Assembly: GCA_964584895.1 (NCBI GenBank) | Contig: CAZPAW010000002.1 | Coordinates: 194,748 to 258,747, forward strand | Direction: 5' to 3' | Length of the DNA stretch: 64,000 nt | Origin: an uncultured Candidatus Saccharibacteria bacterium | GTDB taxonomy: Bacteria; Patescibacteriota; Saccharimonadia; Saccharimonadales; JAGQNJ01 | Shown here: piece by piece, positions 63,099-64,000 of the stretch | Position numbering within the stretch: position 1 is the stretch's first letter | Layout of the letters: each line of letters opens with the position of its first letter | Position numbers and translations under genes: made by a program | Notes under the pieces: generated by a model | Database searches by the model: none | What the model saw: only the letters and a program-made list of their open reading frames with translations | What the model was told of the DNA's origin: nothing

Positions 63099-64000
63099 AT
63101 GACAGAAATATTAGATACAAAAGAATTAGAAGCTCAAAGATCGCCTCGTCCACCACAGCAAGAAAAACCAGTAGAAAAATTTATAGATAGTCGAGGAATT
63201 GAGCGTCGTAGTGACTATCCGATTGTTCTTCTAGATCGAGAAGCAGAGCAAGCAATCGATGACTACTACAAAGAACATGACCAGTTAGCAGATACTACCG
63301 AAGCTACTATTGACGAGGCCAAGCAGCTTGAGACCGTAGATGTCTCAGAGGATAGATTCCTAAAAGCTATTACACTTGATTTATCGCCCACTACTAGCCC
63401 CCAAGAAGAAGGTAGCCAAAAAGATACATCAACCGAAGAAGACGGCACTGAACATCTCTCAGAAAATCAGAGTCTTCTTAAAGAACTCACTGATGACGTT
63501 GAAGCTATTGACTCTGAGATAAGAGATATTGCGGTCTTCCCGCCAGATGCCTCTTTTAAAGATTTAAAAGCATTCTACGAAGGTTTACCAGAAAAAGTAC
63601 GTGTATTTATCGACCAAGACGGCGGACCACCAGAATTCGGTCTTGGCGTCCGTTTTAGCGGAGGTAAAAAAAGCTCATTGAGAGTAAAGATTATCTTAGG
63701 ACTAGACCGTTATGAATCTGACCTAAAAGAACGTAGACGATTAGGGAGCAAGAAATTAGCTGAAGAATTAGCCGATCAATTGGCCGATGGTTTGGGCGAA
63801 GCTGCAGCAGAACTTGGAATCACAGTGCCTGAAACATGTCAGTTTTCAGAGTATGAATCTCCTGAAAGCCAAGAAAAAGTGCAGCAAGGCAAGACTCCGA
63901 CTGAAAATATAGCCTTACTAGATAAAAATCTGGCAAGAATGCGCGATATTGAACAGATAGACGGTCAGATTGAGGCAGCATCAGAAGTAATTGCCGCAGC
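63099..64000 (+). CDS. acidic hypothetical protein, 5' part (open to the window end)
   Basis: Own translation from the ATG at 63099 gives MTEILDTKELEAQRSPRPPQQEKPVEKFIDSRGIERRSDYPIVLLDREAEQ... with no stop through base 64000. Absent from the track because it is truncated. Confidence 0.5.
   Translation, partial: MTEILDTKELEAQRSPRPPQQEKPVEKFIDSRGIERRSDYPIVLLDREAEQAIDDYYKEHDQLADTTEATIDEAKQLETVDVSEDRFLKAITLDLSPTTSPQEEGSQKDTSTEEDGTEHLSENQSLLKELTDDVEAIDSEIRDIAVFPPDASFKDLKAFYEGLPEKVRVFIDQDGGPPEFGLGVRFSGGKKSSLRVKIILGLDRYESDLKERRRLGSKKLAEELADQLADGLGEAAAELGITVPETCQFSEYESPESQEKVQQGKTPTENIALLDKNLARMRDIEQIDGQIEAASEVIAA

Noticed and set aside
1-64000. CRISPR array, rRNA genes, classical IS elements
   Set aside because: I saw no regularly spaced direct repeats with unique spacers, no rRNA-like sequence, and no transposase ORFs with terminal inverted repeats.
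1-64000. Alternative genetic code (UGA recoding, as in some candidate phyla)
   Set aside because: TGA terminates well-supported genes at the expected lengths (atpG and hsdR, both within ATGA overlaps, and hsdS). Conserved proteins are full-length under the standard code.

Overview
The window has two parts. Bases 1-12.3 kb look like ordinary low-GC core chromosome. They carry an F1Fo ATP synthase operon (atpB-E-F-H-A-G, minus strand), a glutaredoxin-like gene, cobO-like, hsp20 behind a CIRCE-like operator, a thermonuclease, a GT2 glycosyltransferase, a glycosidase and smpB. The small, tightly packed genes and gene content suggest a reduced-genome bacterium, possibly Patescibacteria/Saccharibacteria-like; that is a guess only. 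A tRNA-Asn(GUU) lies at 12379..12453, and everything downstream of it (more than 50 kb) looks like accreted mobile DNA. (i) Two tandem, related integrative elements (about 12.45-28.18 kb and 28.18-53.83 kb) are each bounded by degenerate copies of the tRNA 3' end. Both carry the same backbone: large serine recombinase, TerL, TerS-like HTH and a ParB-DNA methylase fusion. Their cargo differs. Element A carries an aldo-keto reductase, an HEPN-like protein, a NucS-like nuclease and a Dam / PLD-helicase / DndD-like / DndE-like operon. Element B carries a copper-resistance module, GIY-YIG and EEP nucleases, a Type I R-M system with an embedded membrane protein, and a DUF2779 / FtsK-like / HNH / zinc-ribbon cluster. 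(ii) A 9 kb array (53.8-63.0 kb) holds very small gene units, mostly nucleotide-metabolism enzymes. Each unit is separated from the next by a 24-29 nt tRNA-3'-end-like site ending in GAGCCA, followed by a terminator and a leaderless-type promoter. No CRISPR array, rRNA or tmRNA was seen. Standard genetic code (TGA is used as a stop).
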